Assembly: GCA_000004985.1 (NCBI GenBank)
Contig: GG738887.1
Direction: 5' to 3' (one strand)
Length of the DNA stretch: 64,000 bases
Source: Naegleria gruberi
Taxonomy: Eukaryota
The notes under the pieces are model-generated. The model made no database searches and was not told the DNA's origin. It saw nothing but the letters and a program-made list of their open reading frames with translations. Of this stretch, positions 11,476-21,743 are shown one piece after another. Positions within the stretch are counted from its first letter, which is position 1; the number at the start of each line of letters is the position of its first letter. The position numbers and the translations under genes are program-made.

Positions 11476-12557
11476 TTTTTTGATTATTATTTAGTTTTAA
11501 AAACTTTCTCATGTACACACAACCAATTATTTAACCCTTTTTTCATCATGACTTGTGATTTCTCATTCATGGATAACTTGTTTTTTTCTTTTTTTTTAAA
11601 AATTAAAATTATCAAATAAGGCGCCAAACACTTTCTTAATCAAAAATCAGCCTTTATTGTTGGCTTTGCAAGAAGACAGAATGGTTTTGATACAACACAT
11701 ACATTGAGGATTTTTCTTTGAGGTCAACTCTTCGCAATTTTTCATTCTCCCTTCACCTGTCAATGGTAGCAAATTGATTTTTTCAATCCAACCTATCAAT
11801 CAAACCGGCACAACTTTGGGTAAGAAAAGTGAAAAAAACAACACAAAAAAATCGAGATTAAATTGTTGGATTTTCTTGCATTCGATATTGACCACTGTGA
11901 GTCACGTTTCCAGCTGTGCCAACAATTTTCCATCTCTCTTGAGGAAAGCAACAATCAAAAACTTTGTTTTCCAACACTTTGTACTTGTACTGCTATTACT
12001 ACTTTCTAGTTCGTTGAGTATTTCCTCAAATAGTACTGTTGCCAATAGACATTGCTCTTTCAAATTCTATAAGAAGCAACATTGTAGGTTTTATCTTGTT
12101 TTTTATAAGAAGAAAATTAAGAATTCCCACAAACTAACAACAACAATACTGCAATCATATTATATTGCAAATTCCCTAATTCTTGTTGATATTTACTTCC
12201 CTCTCCAAACAAACAAAATTTCTCCCGAATAACACACCCATTCGACTAATTTGTCCAACTCTACAAACTCACAACATTGAACACAATTTGGTAATATTTG
12301 TGTGTGTGCTGTTTCTCATCCTCGTCGTCTCCTCACTCCACACGAAAAAAAACAATACTTTTCGGGTGATATTTCTCCTCTGATTTTAATTATTTAATTG
12401 CAATTATTTATATATATTCAACTTGTGTTATCCAATCTACCTAATCTAATACTAACACTGCCACTGCTATACTACTACTTTGTATCATCCTATTTATTTT
12501 CTTCATCTTCATTACTCAATTTATTTATTTAAAAACATCACAAATCTTCATTTGAAA

Positions 12558-15287
12558 ATGTCTGCCAAAATACAAGAACGTCTGGCTTTCTTCCAGAGCA
12601 ATATTAATAGTAATAACAACAATACAACGGCTCCATTTAAGAGTTCGGTAACATCTGTTGGAAGTATTAAGCAACAACAACAGCAAGCATCTTCATTGAG
12701 TGTACAGCCAAAGCCTAGAAGTCAAACATTATTTGTCAAGCCTACTAGCACTACTTTAAATACTTCCTCTACTACTAATACGAGTGCAACAAGCAATTCT
12801 CTTAGTAAGAATAATATTACTTCCAATCCTACTATTGTTGTAAAACCTCCAACCAAGACTGTAACAATCTCCTCGACTCCTTCTGTTGTCACTACTAACA
12901 ATACTAGCACAAGGGTAAACACAGCATTATCATCCACCAATAATTCAAATAGTGATTCATCGACAAAACCAATGAGTGCAACACCTTCCGAGAAGAAACC
13001 ATCTGGAATTGCAGCAAAGTTAGCTCTCTTCAGCAATGGTAATAACAGTAATAGTAGCAATACCACACAACCAACAGTTTCTCCAAGAGCATCACCAAGA
13101 CTTTCCATTCATCTTTCCAGCTCACCATTCTTGAATGGAAGTTTGAATAATAATACGACAGCAACAACAAGTAATACTGCATCTTCCAATGCAGTACAGG
13201 CCTCTCCAAGAGCTTCACCAAGATTGTCAATTGCATTATCATCTTCACCATTTTTCAACATGGAAAAGGAAAATTCGACCAATCCTTCACCATCTACAAC
13301 ATCTTCGACCACAACAACTCCACCAACCACAAGTTCTACCACTCCAAACACAACAACAACAACTACATCGACAGCAAGTGGTAGCACCAGTACTAGTTCT
13401 TTGAAGGATAGAAAGAATTTATTCGAGCAACAACCACCGACAACTCAACCACCTGTATTTAAAACTAGAAGTGCAACTGTTATGCCATCTTCTAGACCTT
13501 CAACCACACCTTCCTTAGTCACTAGTGGAACAGGTAGTGGTGTTAAAACATCACCAGTTAGTCCTACCACAACTGCTCCGATCACTTCATCCAATGTGAC
13601 TGCAGTTCCAAATACCACCTCTTCAACAACCTCAACAACTCCGTCCACCTCTTCAATAAGTACTCCTTCGACAACAGGAAATAGTATTAAGGATAGGTTC
13701 TCAATGTTTGAGAAGAAAACAGAGGAAAAGCCACCTGTTGTTGGTTCTGGAGCAAAGTGGACAAAACCAAAGACTCAAGAAACATCGACTCCAACAACTA
13801 TTGGTGCAAATAAGAGTGTTTCTCCTCAAACTAAACCAGTTGAAGAAAAGGTGACAATTCCTCCTAAGGAAGAAAATAAGACTGAACCATCAGCTGAACC
13901 ACCAAAAGTAGCAGTGCAAGAAACTACAGTTAAAACAAAGGCTCCTGAAACAATTAAGGAAAATCCAAAAGATGATATTAAGCCAAAATCTCCAACATCT
14001 GAATTGAAACCTGAGGTCACTAAACCAGTTACTTCTCCAAGAGCAACAGAAAAAGCTGTTGAACAAAAACCTGAGCCAAAGACTGTCTCATCAACAACCG
14101 CTACTGCTTCAACTGAAAAGAAGGTAGATGTCAAACCAACTGAACCAGTTTCAAAACCAACACCAGCTACTACATCAGCTTCAGGATCCACTTCTACAAC
14201 AGGAGGTTCTCTTAAATCAAGGTTTGCCATGTTTGAAAAGAAGGAAGAACCACAACCGGTTGTTACTGCCACCAAACCAAAAGTTTCACTCTTCAAGAAG
14301 GAAACCGAAACTAGTGCTCCAACAACTGAACAAAAGGCTGAAGTTGCCAAACCTGTTGTTTCACCAACCACTGAAAAGAAGGTTGAAATTAAGGTTGTAC
14401 CAAAGCCAACAGAAGCTAATGAAGAAAAGAAGGTTGAAGTGGAAGTTGAACCAAAGTCAACTGAAACAACATCTGCTCCACCAACCACTGCTTCAACTGA
14501 AAAGAAGGTTGAGTTGAAACCAACTGAACCTGTTTCAAAACCTTCCACAACTCCAAGCACTGCCACATCAGGATCCGCTTCTACAACAGGAGGTCTTAAA
14601 TCCAAGTTTGCCATGTTTGAAAAGAAGGAACCAGCAACTCCTACTCCAAAGAAGGAAGAACCAACAACTGGCTCAAATTCTGTGAAAAACAAATTTGCCA
14701 TGTTTGAAAAGAAGGATGAACCAACTCCAGAACAACCAAAACCTAAATCAGCAGCAGGATCTGTTGCTGACAGATTCAAACCTAAAGAATCTAGTCCAGA
14801 GGTTATTACAACTCCACCTCCTTCAGAAACTAAATCCTCAAGCGTCCAAGACAGGCTAGTCAAGTTTAAGCAACCTACTGCTTCAGAAACATCTCCAACC
14901 TCTGCTGAAGCATCAGGTACTCCTAAACCATTGACCATTCAAGAAAAATTGGCCAAACTGAAACAAAATTCTGCTGGAACTCCACCACCATTCGGTTTTA
15001 TGGGTGGTCCACCTCCATCTTTTAAGAGTTCACCAAGCTCTGGTGGTGGTAATGACACTCCTTTAATTAATGTCTTTTCACCAACACCTTCCACACCAAA
15101 GGAAAATGTTCCAGATGCAGCCTCTCATGAGAGACAACACCATGGTACCTTATCTTCAGATACTGCCCTTAATAGAGTGAAAAAGGTACCTACCAACAGA
15201 AAGAAGACAGTCATTAAACACAATATTGACAAGGTAGAAAGTACCAGAAAGAGTATTGTTGCTCTCGATGTCGAGGAAGATGAATAA
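12558..15287 (+). CDS. S/T/P-rich low-complexity protein. It has about 10 copies of a short amphipathic motif ([KR][FL]A[MLF]F[EQ]KK-like, e.g. RFAMFEKKEEP) separated by Ser/Thr/Pro-rich linkers.
   Basis: Long ORF; first ATG at 12558 (MSAKIQERLAFFQ). Motifs present: SRFAMFEKKEEPQP, SKFAMFEKKEPATP, NKFAMFEKKDEPTP, DRFSMFEKKTEEKP, AKLALFSNG, KNLFEQQ. A large antisense ORF (13826..14938) is a low-complexity mirror. Confidence 0.6.
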   Translation: MSAKIQERLAFFQSNINSNNNNTTAPFKSSVTSVGSIKQQQQQASSLSVQPKPRSQTLFVKPTSTTLNTSSTTNTSATSNSLSKNNITSNPTIVVKPPTKTVTISSTPSVVTTNNTSTRVNTALSSTNNSNSDSSTKPMSATPSEKKPSGIAAKLALFSNGNNSNSSNTTQPTVSPRASPRLSIHLSSSPFLNGSLNNNTTATTSNTASSNAVQASPRASPRLSIALSSSPFFNMEKENSTNPSPSTTSSTTTTPPTTSSTTPNTTTTTTSTASGSTSTSSLKDRKNLFEQQPPTTQPPVFKTRSATVMPSSRPSTTPSLVTSGTGSGVKTSPVSPTTTAPITSSNVTAVPNTTSSTTSTTPSTSSISTPSTTGNSIKDRFSMFEKKTEEKPPVVGSGAKWTKPKTQETSTPTTIGANKSVSPQTKPVEEKVTIPPKEENKTEPSAEPPKVAVQETTVKTKAPETIKENPKDDIKPKSPTSELKPEVTKPVTSPRATEKAVEQKPEPKTVSSTTATASTEKKVDVKPTEPVSKPTPATTSASGSTSTTGGSLKSRFAMFEKKEEPQPVVTATKPKVSLFKKETETSAPTTEQKAEVAKPVVSPTTEKKVEIKVVPKPTEANEEKKVEVEVEPKSTETTSAPPTTASTEKKVELKPTEPVSKPSTTPSTATSGSASTTGGLKSKFAMFEKKEPATPTPKKEEPTTGSNSVKNKFAMFEKKDEPTPEQPKPKSAAGSVADRFKPKESSPEVITTPPPSETKSSSVQDRLVKFKQPTASETSPTSAEASGTPKPLTIQEKLAKLKQNSAGTPPPFGFMGGPPPSFKSSPSSGGGNDTPLINVFSPTPSTPKENVPDAASHERQHHGTLSSDTALNRVKKVPTNRKKTVIKHNIDKVESTRKSIVALDVEEDE

Positions 15288-15325
15288 TTAACAAATAACA
15301 ATTATTAGGACAATTTTGAAAATGT

Positions 15326-15727
15326 TTATTCTTCTTCGTCTTCCCATTCGTCAACATCTTCTCCACCTTCTTCGTCATAATACTCATCATCTTCACCACC
15401 TTCCCATTCATCCTCATCTTCGTTTTCTTCTTCTTTTGGAGGTACTATTGAAACTGTTTTCGTTCCATTGACTTGATCAAGTATTTGGGCATCATGATTA
15501 ATCAGATCCTTATTGAGCAGACCATCTTGATCATTCACATAAACCTTTGATTCGTCTCCAATGGTACCATAATTGTATTTTCCACCTCCACTCTTCTTAT
15601 CATTTCTCAAAATACGTCCACTCTTAATGAATTTTCCACATGAACGATCACGTCCATTGACAGCAATAATGTGATGCCTCTTATTTTGCTTTCCTAATTC
15701 CTTTGGTACTGGTAATTTTTCGTCCAT
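15326..15727 (-). CDS. Small basic protein with a strongly acidic C-terminal tail (hypothetical).
   Basis: ORF of 137 aa on the minus strand; first ATG (minus) at 15725-15727. The tail is EEENEDEDEWEGGEDDEYYDEEGGEDVDEWEDEEE. It is convergent with the upstream gene, with stop codons about 38 bp apart. Confidence 0.45.
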   Translation of the reverse strand: MDEKLPVPKELGKQNKRHHIIAVNGRDRSCGKFIKSGRILRNDKKSGGGKYNYGTIGDESKVYVNDQDGLLNKDLINHDAQILDQVNGTKTVSIVPPKEEENEDEDEWEGGEDDEYYDEEGGEDVDEWEDEEE

Positions 15728-16087
15728 TTTCTCAGTCAACTAATTGGTTTGTCTCTTTGCTTTCTGGATATCTTTTTGAGTTTTATTTCGATACTAGCAA
15801 CCAAGTTTACTGCCTCTAAAATAGAAATCGAATAGTTTTGGTTTTTTTATTTTAATGTGAGTTTACCAAACGTGTAAACTTTCCTTAATGGAAATCACCC
15901 AAAATAATGGTATCTTTTGAATTGGTTCATTACGATCTGTATACTGAGTTCATACGAAATTAACCATTATCAAATTTAAATACAAAACAATGTATTACAT
16001 TGCACAAGCAAAATTTACGGTTACGAACTTTGGGCGCCAAAAATAAAAATTCAGAGACAAATAAAATACCTTTAGAAGCTAAACAAT

Positions 16088-17270
16088 ATGGGACAAATTT
16101 TGGATAAACCAGTCACTGATAAGACCACTCACGTGGGGAAGAATGGATATGCAATGTTCGGATGTAGTAGTATGCAAGGATTTCGTTTATCTATGGAAGA
16201 TCGACACAACTATTTTACAGAATTGCCTCGAGTTGCTCCTCCGAAAGTACAACAAGCAATTGAGAGGGAAGATGTACATGTTTCATTCTTTGCAGTGTTT
16301 GATGGTCACTCAGGTTTGTATTAATATCATGATTGTGATGATGAGTTAACTTTGGAATCAAAATAATAATTAAGGTGATACATGTGCCGAGTTTTTGTCA
16401 AAGAATTTATTTAAACAAGTTTTACTTGAGGAAGTTGAGAATAATCAAAACATGACTGCTTGGAGTTTATTGAATAATGATCAAAATATTGAACAAGGAT
16501 TTTTAAAAACCGACACAGAATTTGATAAATCATGTGCTGGAGTTGATGACAGTGGTTCAACAGCTACCACACTTACTGTAAAAAGAATTGGAAAAGATAA
16601 ATTGGAAGTCATTTGTGCAAATGCTGGTGATTCCAGAACTGTATTACATTATAAGGGAAAGACAGAGCCAATGAGCTATGACCACAAACCCCAAGTCAAC
16701 AGTGAAAAGGCCAGAATTTCAAAGGCAAAATCGTATGTGGAATTTGGTAGAGTAAACGGTACTTTGGCTGTTTCAAGAGGTTTTGGAGATTTGAGTTATA
16801 AGAAATACGACAAGTTGCCACAGGAAGAACAAGCTGTCATTCCACTTCCTGAAGTTAAGAGAGTTGTTGTTGATTTGAATGATAATAGTGAATATAACTT
16901 TGCTGTTTTGGCATGTGACGGTGTCTGGGATGTCATGTCAAATGCTGATGCAACAAACTTCGTCTTGCAACGATTGATTGAACAAAAGAATGGCACATAC
17001 AAACGTTTAACCTACCCAGGTGACCCACCTCAACAACCATCTTCTGCTCATGGATCTGAACATTCTGGATTTGATGCACCAGAAAATCAATCACCAACAC
17101 CTGGAAAATTTGATTTAGGATCAATTTGTGAGGATGTACTAGATCATTGTGTTAGGGGACTTGACAGCAAAGACAATGTTTCTGTAATTATAGTACTTTT
17201 CCAAAGAGATGATGACTACGTTCCTCCTCAAGCAATCAATCTACCACCAAACCATTTTGCAAATAAATAA
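16088..17270 (+). CDS. PP2C-family Ser/Thr protein phosphatase. One intron at 16314..16374. CDS is join(16088..16313,16375..17270).
   Basis: N-terminus MGQILDKPVTDK...GCSSMQGFRLSMEDRH...FFAVFDGHSG. Exon 2 carries GDTCAEFLSKN, DDSGSTAT, ICANAGDSRTVL, AVSRGFGD and LACDGVWDVMSN. The intron runs from a GTTTGT donor to a TTAAG acceptor. Two ORF-track pieces (16088..16324 and 16395..17270) are joined in phase. Confidence 0.85.
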
Positions 17271-17443
17271 AACTATTCCACAAGCATGCTTGAAGTCAAC
17301 CAGTAAAGCATCAAGCTCATTGAGAATCTTTGAATCAAGGAGATCAATTTCCTTTCAATACCTCCTCTGAAAGGAGTAATAGTTATTCAAACTTTAATTA
17401 CAAGAATGCAGTGCGCTCATTTTCATAATCAACTCTGAAAAAA

Positions 17444-18656
17444 ATGCAAAAATCAACTCTTCACCATCAAATTGAAGTTGAAGAAGTAGAGAGGACTCAT
17501 TCATCATCATCACTTCCGAAAATAGTGCATTCGGAACAACAACCATCTACTACCAACGTTATAGTATCGAGTGCTTTGGCTGGATGTGCAGCCCGATTGG
17601 CTCTACATCCGATCGATACCATAAAAGCAAGAATGTAAGTATCTTCATATGAATAATAGTTTAAAACAGGATCGGAAATTATAGGCAGGTACAAATTACC
17701 AATCCAGAGCTTACATCAAAATTATCAACTGCTATTTTTGAAGGAGGAGCAAATACGAATGGTGGAAATCAAATTTATAGAAATACGTTTCATGCAATTA
17801 CAAGCATGACAAAATATGAAGGTGCTAGAAGTTTTTATAAAGGATTGGGTGCATCATTGATATTTACTGGACCTGCAATTACATTGTACTTGACTTCATA
17901 TGAATATTGTAAGAAAAAATTGTATATACTTGGAAATTATTTAAAGGAAAAGAATGGTGATAATTTTCTTTCGAGGAATTTGATGGGAGAAACAGCACTT
18001 GTCCATTTAGCAAGTGGTTTAGCAGCTGAGAGTGTTAGTTGTGTATTTTGGGTTCCACATGATGTTCTCAAAGAAAGGTTACAAGGTTTGTTTATATAGA
18101 ACTTTTGAATTTACGAAATAATTACATGAACAATAGTTCAACGAGGAAATGAAATCAATCTTACTCAACTCATGAAAATTGTTAGAAAGGATGGATTTTT
18201 ACAACTTTACAAGGGATATTGGATTACATTGGCATCATTTGGTCCATTCAGTGCCATTTACTTTTTAACTTATGAAAGAATGAAGGAACTGTTTCAAAAA
18301 CAAACCTCACAACAAACTCTTCCATTTTCAACAACCTTACTTTGTGGAGCTATTGGAGCTGGATTTGGATCGTTTTGTACCCTTCCATTGGATGTAATTG
18401 TAAGTATTGAGATAATATTTTTCAATGAATTATTGATTTTTTTCTAAATAATTAGAAAACACGATTCCAAGTTCAAAGAAGAATGAAGATGCAAAATATT
18501 GCCATGGAGGAGGATGTAATGTACTACAAGAATTTTGGTGATGCAGTACGAAAGATTATCAAATATGAAGGTCCAACTGCCTTTTGGAAAGGTTTCACAT
18601 CAAGAATGGTTTATGCAGCTCCAAACTCTGCTTTGATTATGGCTCTGTGTAAGTAA
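17444..18656 (+). CDS. Mitochondrial carrier family (SLC25) protein, four exons. Approximate exons: 17444..17634, 17670..18085, 18137..18409, 18456..18656.
   Basis: Three carrier signature repeats: LHPIDTIKARM, then GLGASLIFTGPAITLYLTSYEY, WVPHDVLKERLQ and YKGYWITLASFGPFSAIYFLTYE, then CTLPLDVI and KTRFQVQ. The C-terminal part is GPTAFWKGFTSRMVYAAPNSAL. Introns have GTAAGT or GTTTGT donors and AG acceptors. The last exon boundary is uncertain; a GTAAGT at 18649 could continue the gene. Confidence 0.7.
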
Positions 18657-18909
18657 TTTAAATGTTTCGATTAAATTATTAATAATGGAATAGTTGAGCT
18701 GTTTAAACAAAAGTTTGAATTTATATAAAACATGATTTCTTTATTCAATTCTCAAATCTGTTTTGGTTTTTTACGTCAAGCAGGGTTGATAAATGTAATT
18801 AGATGAAATTTTAATGTTTAGGTCGTAAATTGCCTTTTATTATTTCTCGTCAAAAAGAAAAAAGATAAAACCATGTGGCCCATTTAACTTTAAAAGAGAA
18901 ATGATTTAT

Positions 18910-19443
18910 TTAGAAAGCATTAATCAACTTTTTAACTTCATTATCAGCAGCTGGACCTCTAGATTCATTACCAACATTTGCAATGAGTGAGACATTACAA
19001 TCCAAAGTAACAATCAAATCAGTACCATCAACCTTGTTAGTATAACCAAGGAAACCAGATGATTCCTTACTGTCAGCATTGTGAACAACTCTGAAAATTC
19101 CAATCCCAAGAATGCTTCCTTACAATCAGGATCCTTAATGAAAACCTTGGCAATTTCAGCCAAATTACTCAATCTAGCACTTTCAGTCAAGAATTTAATG
19201 CTATTATTCAACAAGGTATCTTCTTCAGCACGAGTTTCGTACTTGTACTTGATAATAATTGTTGGCAATGCACCGAAAGCTTGCCAATCCAATAAGATGA
19301 TCATCTTTGGGTTAACTTGTTGAAGATTCTTGGTAGCACCAACAATACGCTTGTTGAAGAATTCGAACAGTCTTTTTGAGAGCGAGGCCACTTCCACACA
19401 TGTTTTGAGTGAATAATTCTTCGTGAGTGAGTTGAGTCATTTA
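18910..19443 (-). pseudogene. Prx5/PrxII-type (atypical 2-Cys) peroxiredoxin-like gene with apparent frame disruptions and no recognisable peroxidatic TPxC motif. Possible pseudogene, or unresolved introns or sequence errors.
   Basis: Minus-strand frames encode MTQLTHEELFTQN (frame 1, from ATG). They then encode KRLFEFFNKRIVGA...KVFIKDPDCKEAFLGLEF (frame 2), which resembles the PrxII 'KKVILFGVPGAF...VKFVADGSGEYTHLLGLE' region. They then encode GIGIFRVVHNADSKESSGFLGYTNKVDGTDLIVTLDCNVSLIANV (frame 3), which resembles the C-terminal 'GLGVRSRRYAIL...VEPDGTGLTCSLA'. Frames 2 and 3 overlap on the same nucleotides near 19105-19125. 'AFGALPT' occupies the position of 'AFTPTC'. Confidence 0.4.
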
Positions 19444-19979
19444 GTTTAGTTTGTGAGGAAAATGTGATTTCAATATAACCTCTGAAACAAACGTGAAATT
19501 CGTCTTGTATTACTGTACTTAACAGCTCAAATTATTGATATAAATCCATCCAAACAAACAAACAATTATAACATATTCTATTGGGGTTCAACCCATGCTC
19601 GGGTCGTAAACAAAAAATTGGAATACAATTAAAGTAGTGTTACATTTCATTGATATAATACAAAGTTAATCCATTTCTGTAGTATTGATTTGAACATCTG
19701 ATAAAGTTCCATTATGTAAGGATCTAAGCAATTTAGTCTTAATAAGTTTTACATTTTTGAAAAGAAGAGGATATCTAAATACTTGCAATCTTTGTGGCTT
19801 TTGATTGTTTTTTCATCGAATGACTTGGCAGCAACATGTTGCATGATTTTATACTATTCAAGAAATTATTCTTTTCATGATTATAACATGGTTACAATGT
19901 GGAGTTTGGTAAAGTTCAATTGAAAAGCTCAACGTATTTTTTAATGAACATGTTCAATATTTTAAGCTAGGCTAGCAGC

Positions 19980-21524
19980 TTATTTTCTTAGTGATGTCAA
20001 ATGTTTCATTTCACTAATGTATTTGGCTCCTTCACCACCAATTCGATTGTAAGACATATCAAGTGATGTCAATTGTTTCATTTCACTTATTGATTTGGCT
20101 CCTTCATCATTAATTTGATTGAAAGAAATATTAAGTGATGTCAATTGTTTCATTTCACTTATGTGACTAATTTCATTGTAAGAAATATCAAGTGATGTTA
20201 AGTGTTTCATTTCACTGATGTATTTGGCTCCTTCATCACTAATTAGATTGTTAAAAATATCAAGTGATGTTAATTGTTTCATTTCACTTATATATTTGGC
20301 TCTTTCATCACTAATTTGATTGTTAGAAATATTAAGTGATGTTAATTGTTTCATTTCACTCATGAACTTGGCTTCTTTACCACTAATTTGATTGTTAGAA
20401 ACATTTAGTGATATCAATTGTTTCATTTCGCTTAAAAATTTAGCTCCTTCATCACTAATTTGATTGTTAGAAATATCAAGTGATGTTAATTGTTTCATTT
20501 CACCAATGTATTTGGCTCCTTTACCACTAATTTGATTGTCAGAAATATTAAGTGATGTTAATTGTTTCATTTCACTTATATATTTGGCTCCTTTACCGCT
20601 AATTTGATTGTTGGAGACATTAAGTGATGTTAATTGTTTCATTTCACTTATTGGTTTGGCTCCTTCACTAATGTCATTGTAAGAAATATTAAGTGATGTT
20701 AATTGTTTCATTTCACTGATGTATTTGGCTCCTTCATCACTAATTTCATTGTAAGAAATATTAAGTGATGTTAATTGTTTCATTTCGCTTATGAACTTGG
20801 CTCCTTCTGCACCAATTTGATTGTAAGAAATATCAAGTGATATCAATTGTTTCATTTCACTTATATATTTGGCTCCTTCATCACTAATCCGATTGTTAAA
20901 AATATTAAGTGATGTTAATTGTTTCATTTCACTTATATATTTGGCTCCTTTACCACCAATTCGATTGTTAGAAATATTAAGTGATGTCAATTGTTTCATT
21001 TCACTTATATATTTGGCTCCTTTACCGCTAATTTGATTGTTGGAGACATTAAGTGATGTTAATTGTTTCATTTCACTTATTGGTTTGGCTCCTTCACTAA
21101 TGTCATTGNNNNNNNNNNNNNNNNNNNNNNNNNNNNNNNNNNNNNNNNNNNNNNNNNNNNNNNNNNNNNNNNNNNNNNNNNNNNNNNNNNNNNNNNNNNN
21201 NNNNNNNNNNNNNNNNNNNNNNNNNNNNNNNNNNNNNNNNNNNNNNNNNNNNNNNNNNNNNNNNNNNNNNNNNNNNNNNNNNNNNNNNNNNNNNNNNNNN
21301 NNNNNNNNNNNNNNNNNNNNNNNNNNNNNNNNNNNNNNNNNNNNNNNNNNNNNNNNNNNNNNAAACCACGAATCATCAATCATGGAAATTATCTCAAAAC
21401 AAATATCATCTGAAAATATTTCTTGTTGCAGTTTCACAACTTTTTTTGATTTTTCTTCCATATTGTTTTTCATATTGTTGTTGTTAGTGAATATTTCCTC
21501 CGAATTAATTGACTCGATTTTCAA
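19980..21524 (-). CDS. Leucine-rich-repeat protein (RNI-like 24-residue repeats, 'ISEMKQLTSLNISNNQISDEGAKY'). It is interrupted by an assembly gap, so the repeat number is unknown.
   Basis: ORF of 514 aa containing a run of X from the N gap. More than 20 tandem 24-aa LRR units are present. The N-terminal non-repeat segment is MKIESINSEEIFTNNNNMKNNMEEKSKK. Confidence 0.7.
   Translation of the reverse strand: MKIESINSEEIFTNNNNMKNNMEEKSKKVVKLQQEIFSDDICFEIISMIDDSWFXXXXXXXXXXXXXXXXXXXXXXXXXXXXXXXXXXXXXXXXXXXXXXXXXXXXXXXXXXXXXXXXXXXXXXXXXXXXXXXXXXXXXNDISEGAKPISEMKQLTSLNVSNNQISGKGAKYISEMKQLTSLNISNNRIGGKGAKYISEMKQLTSLNIFNNRISDEGAKYISEMKQLISLDISYNQIGAEGAKFISEMKQLTSLNISYNEISDEGAKYISEMKQLTSLNISYNDISEGAKPISEMKQLTSLNVSNNQISGKGAKYISEMKQLTSLNISDNQISGKGAKYIGEMKQLTSLDISNNQISDEGAKFLSEMKQLISLNVSNNQISGKEAKFMSEMKQLTSLNISNNQISDERAKYISEMKQLTSLDIFNNLISDEGAKYISEMKHLTSLDISYNEISHISEMKQLTSLNISFNQINDEGAKSISEMKQLTSLDMSYNRIGGEGAKYISEMKHLTSLRK
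19990..21400. repeat. 72-bp tandem repeat array (coding LRR units), about 20 copies, spanning the assembly gap.
   Basis: Unit 'ttaagtgatgttaattgtttcatttcacttatatatttggctcc(t)t(c/t)a(c)cactaatttgattgt(t/a)agaaata' recurs every 72 nt with few substitutions. Confidence 0.85.
21109..21362. other. Assembly gap (254 N) inside the 72-bp tandem repeat array.
   Basis: A contiguous run of 'n' characters. Confidence 1.
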
Positions 21525-21743
21525 AATCTCTTTTTTGTTTCCTAATTTTTTTTAATTTGGATATAAACCAATCTTCAACTATCGATAAGGTATTCTCACA
21601 CGTCCACAATGTATTGTTTTCTTATTCAATTTTCATGTAATCGGCCATATCACGACGAAGGCAGTCCAATTGCTTAGCCTATTCGGTAACTTGGGACCTA
21701 TGTTCCTCAGAGTTCATACCAAATCAGTCCGGTACAAAAAAAA

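Noticed and set aside
13826-14938. 370-aa antisense ORF (G/V/S/F-rich) opposite the S/T/P-rich gene
   Set aside because: It is the compositional mirror of a low-complexity coding region. It has no motifs, and the sense strand carries the coherent repeated-motif protein.
16143-16349. ORF 16143..16349 and other 60-90-aa ORFs overlapping annotated exons or introns (e.g. 29942..30160, 30772..31035, 51307..51585)
   Set aside because: They are alternative-frame or antisense ORFs inside well-supported genes. They are short, lack an ATG or use GTG/TTG starts, and have no motifs.
19093-19127. 35-nt GTAAGG...CAGAG candidate intron in the peroxiredoxin-like gene
   Set aside because: Removing it restores a frame but deletes residues (…CKEAFLGLE…) that align well with PrxII. 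A frameshift or deletion fits better.
21037-21555. X-containing ORFs (21037..21555, 21063..21413, 21077..21379, 21103..21369)
   Set aside because: They exist only because the N gap is translated as X. They are not coding evidence.
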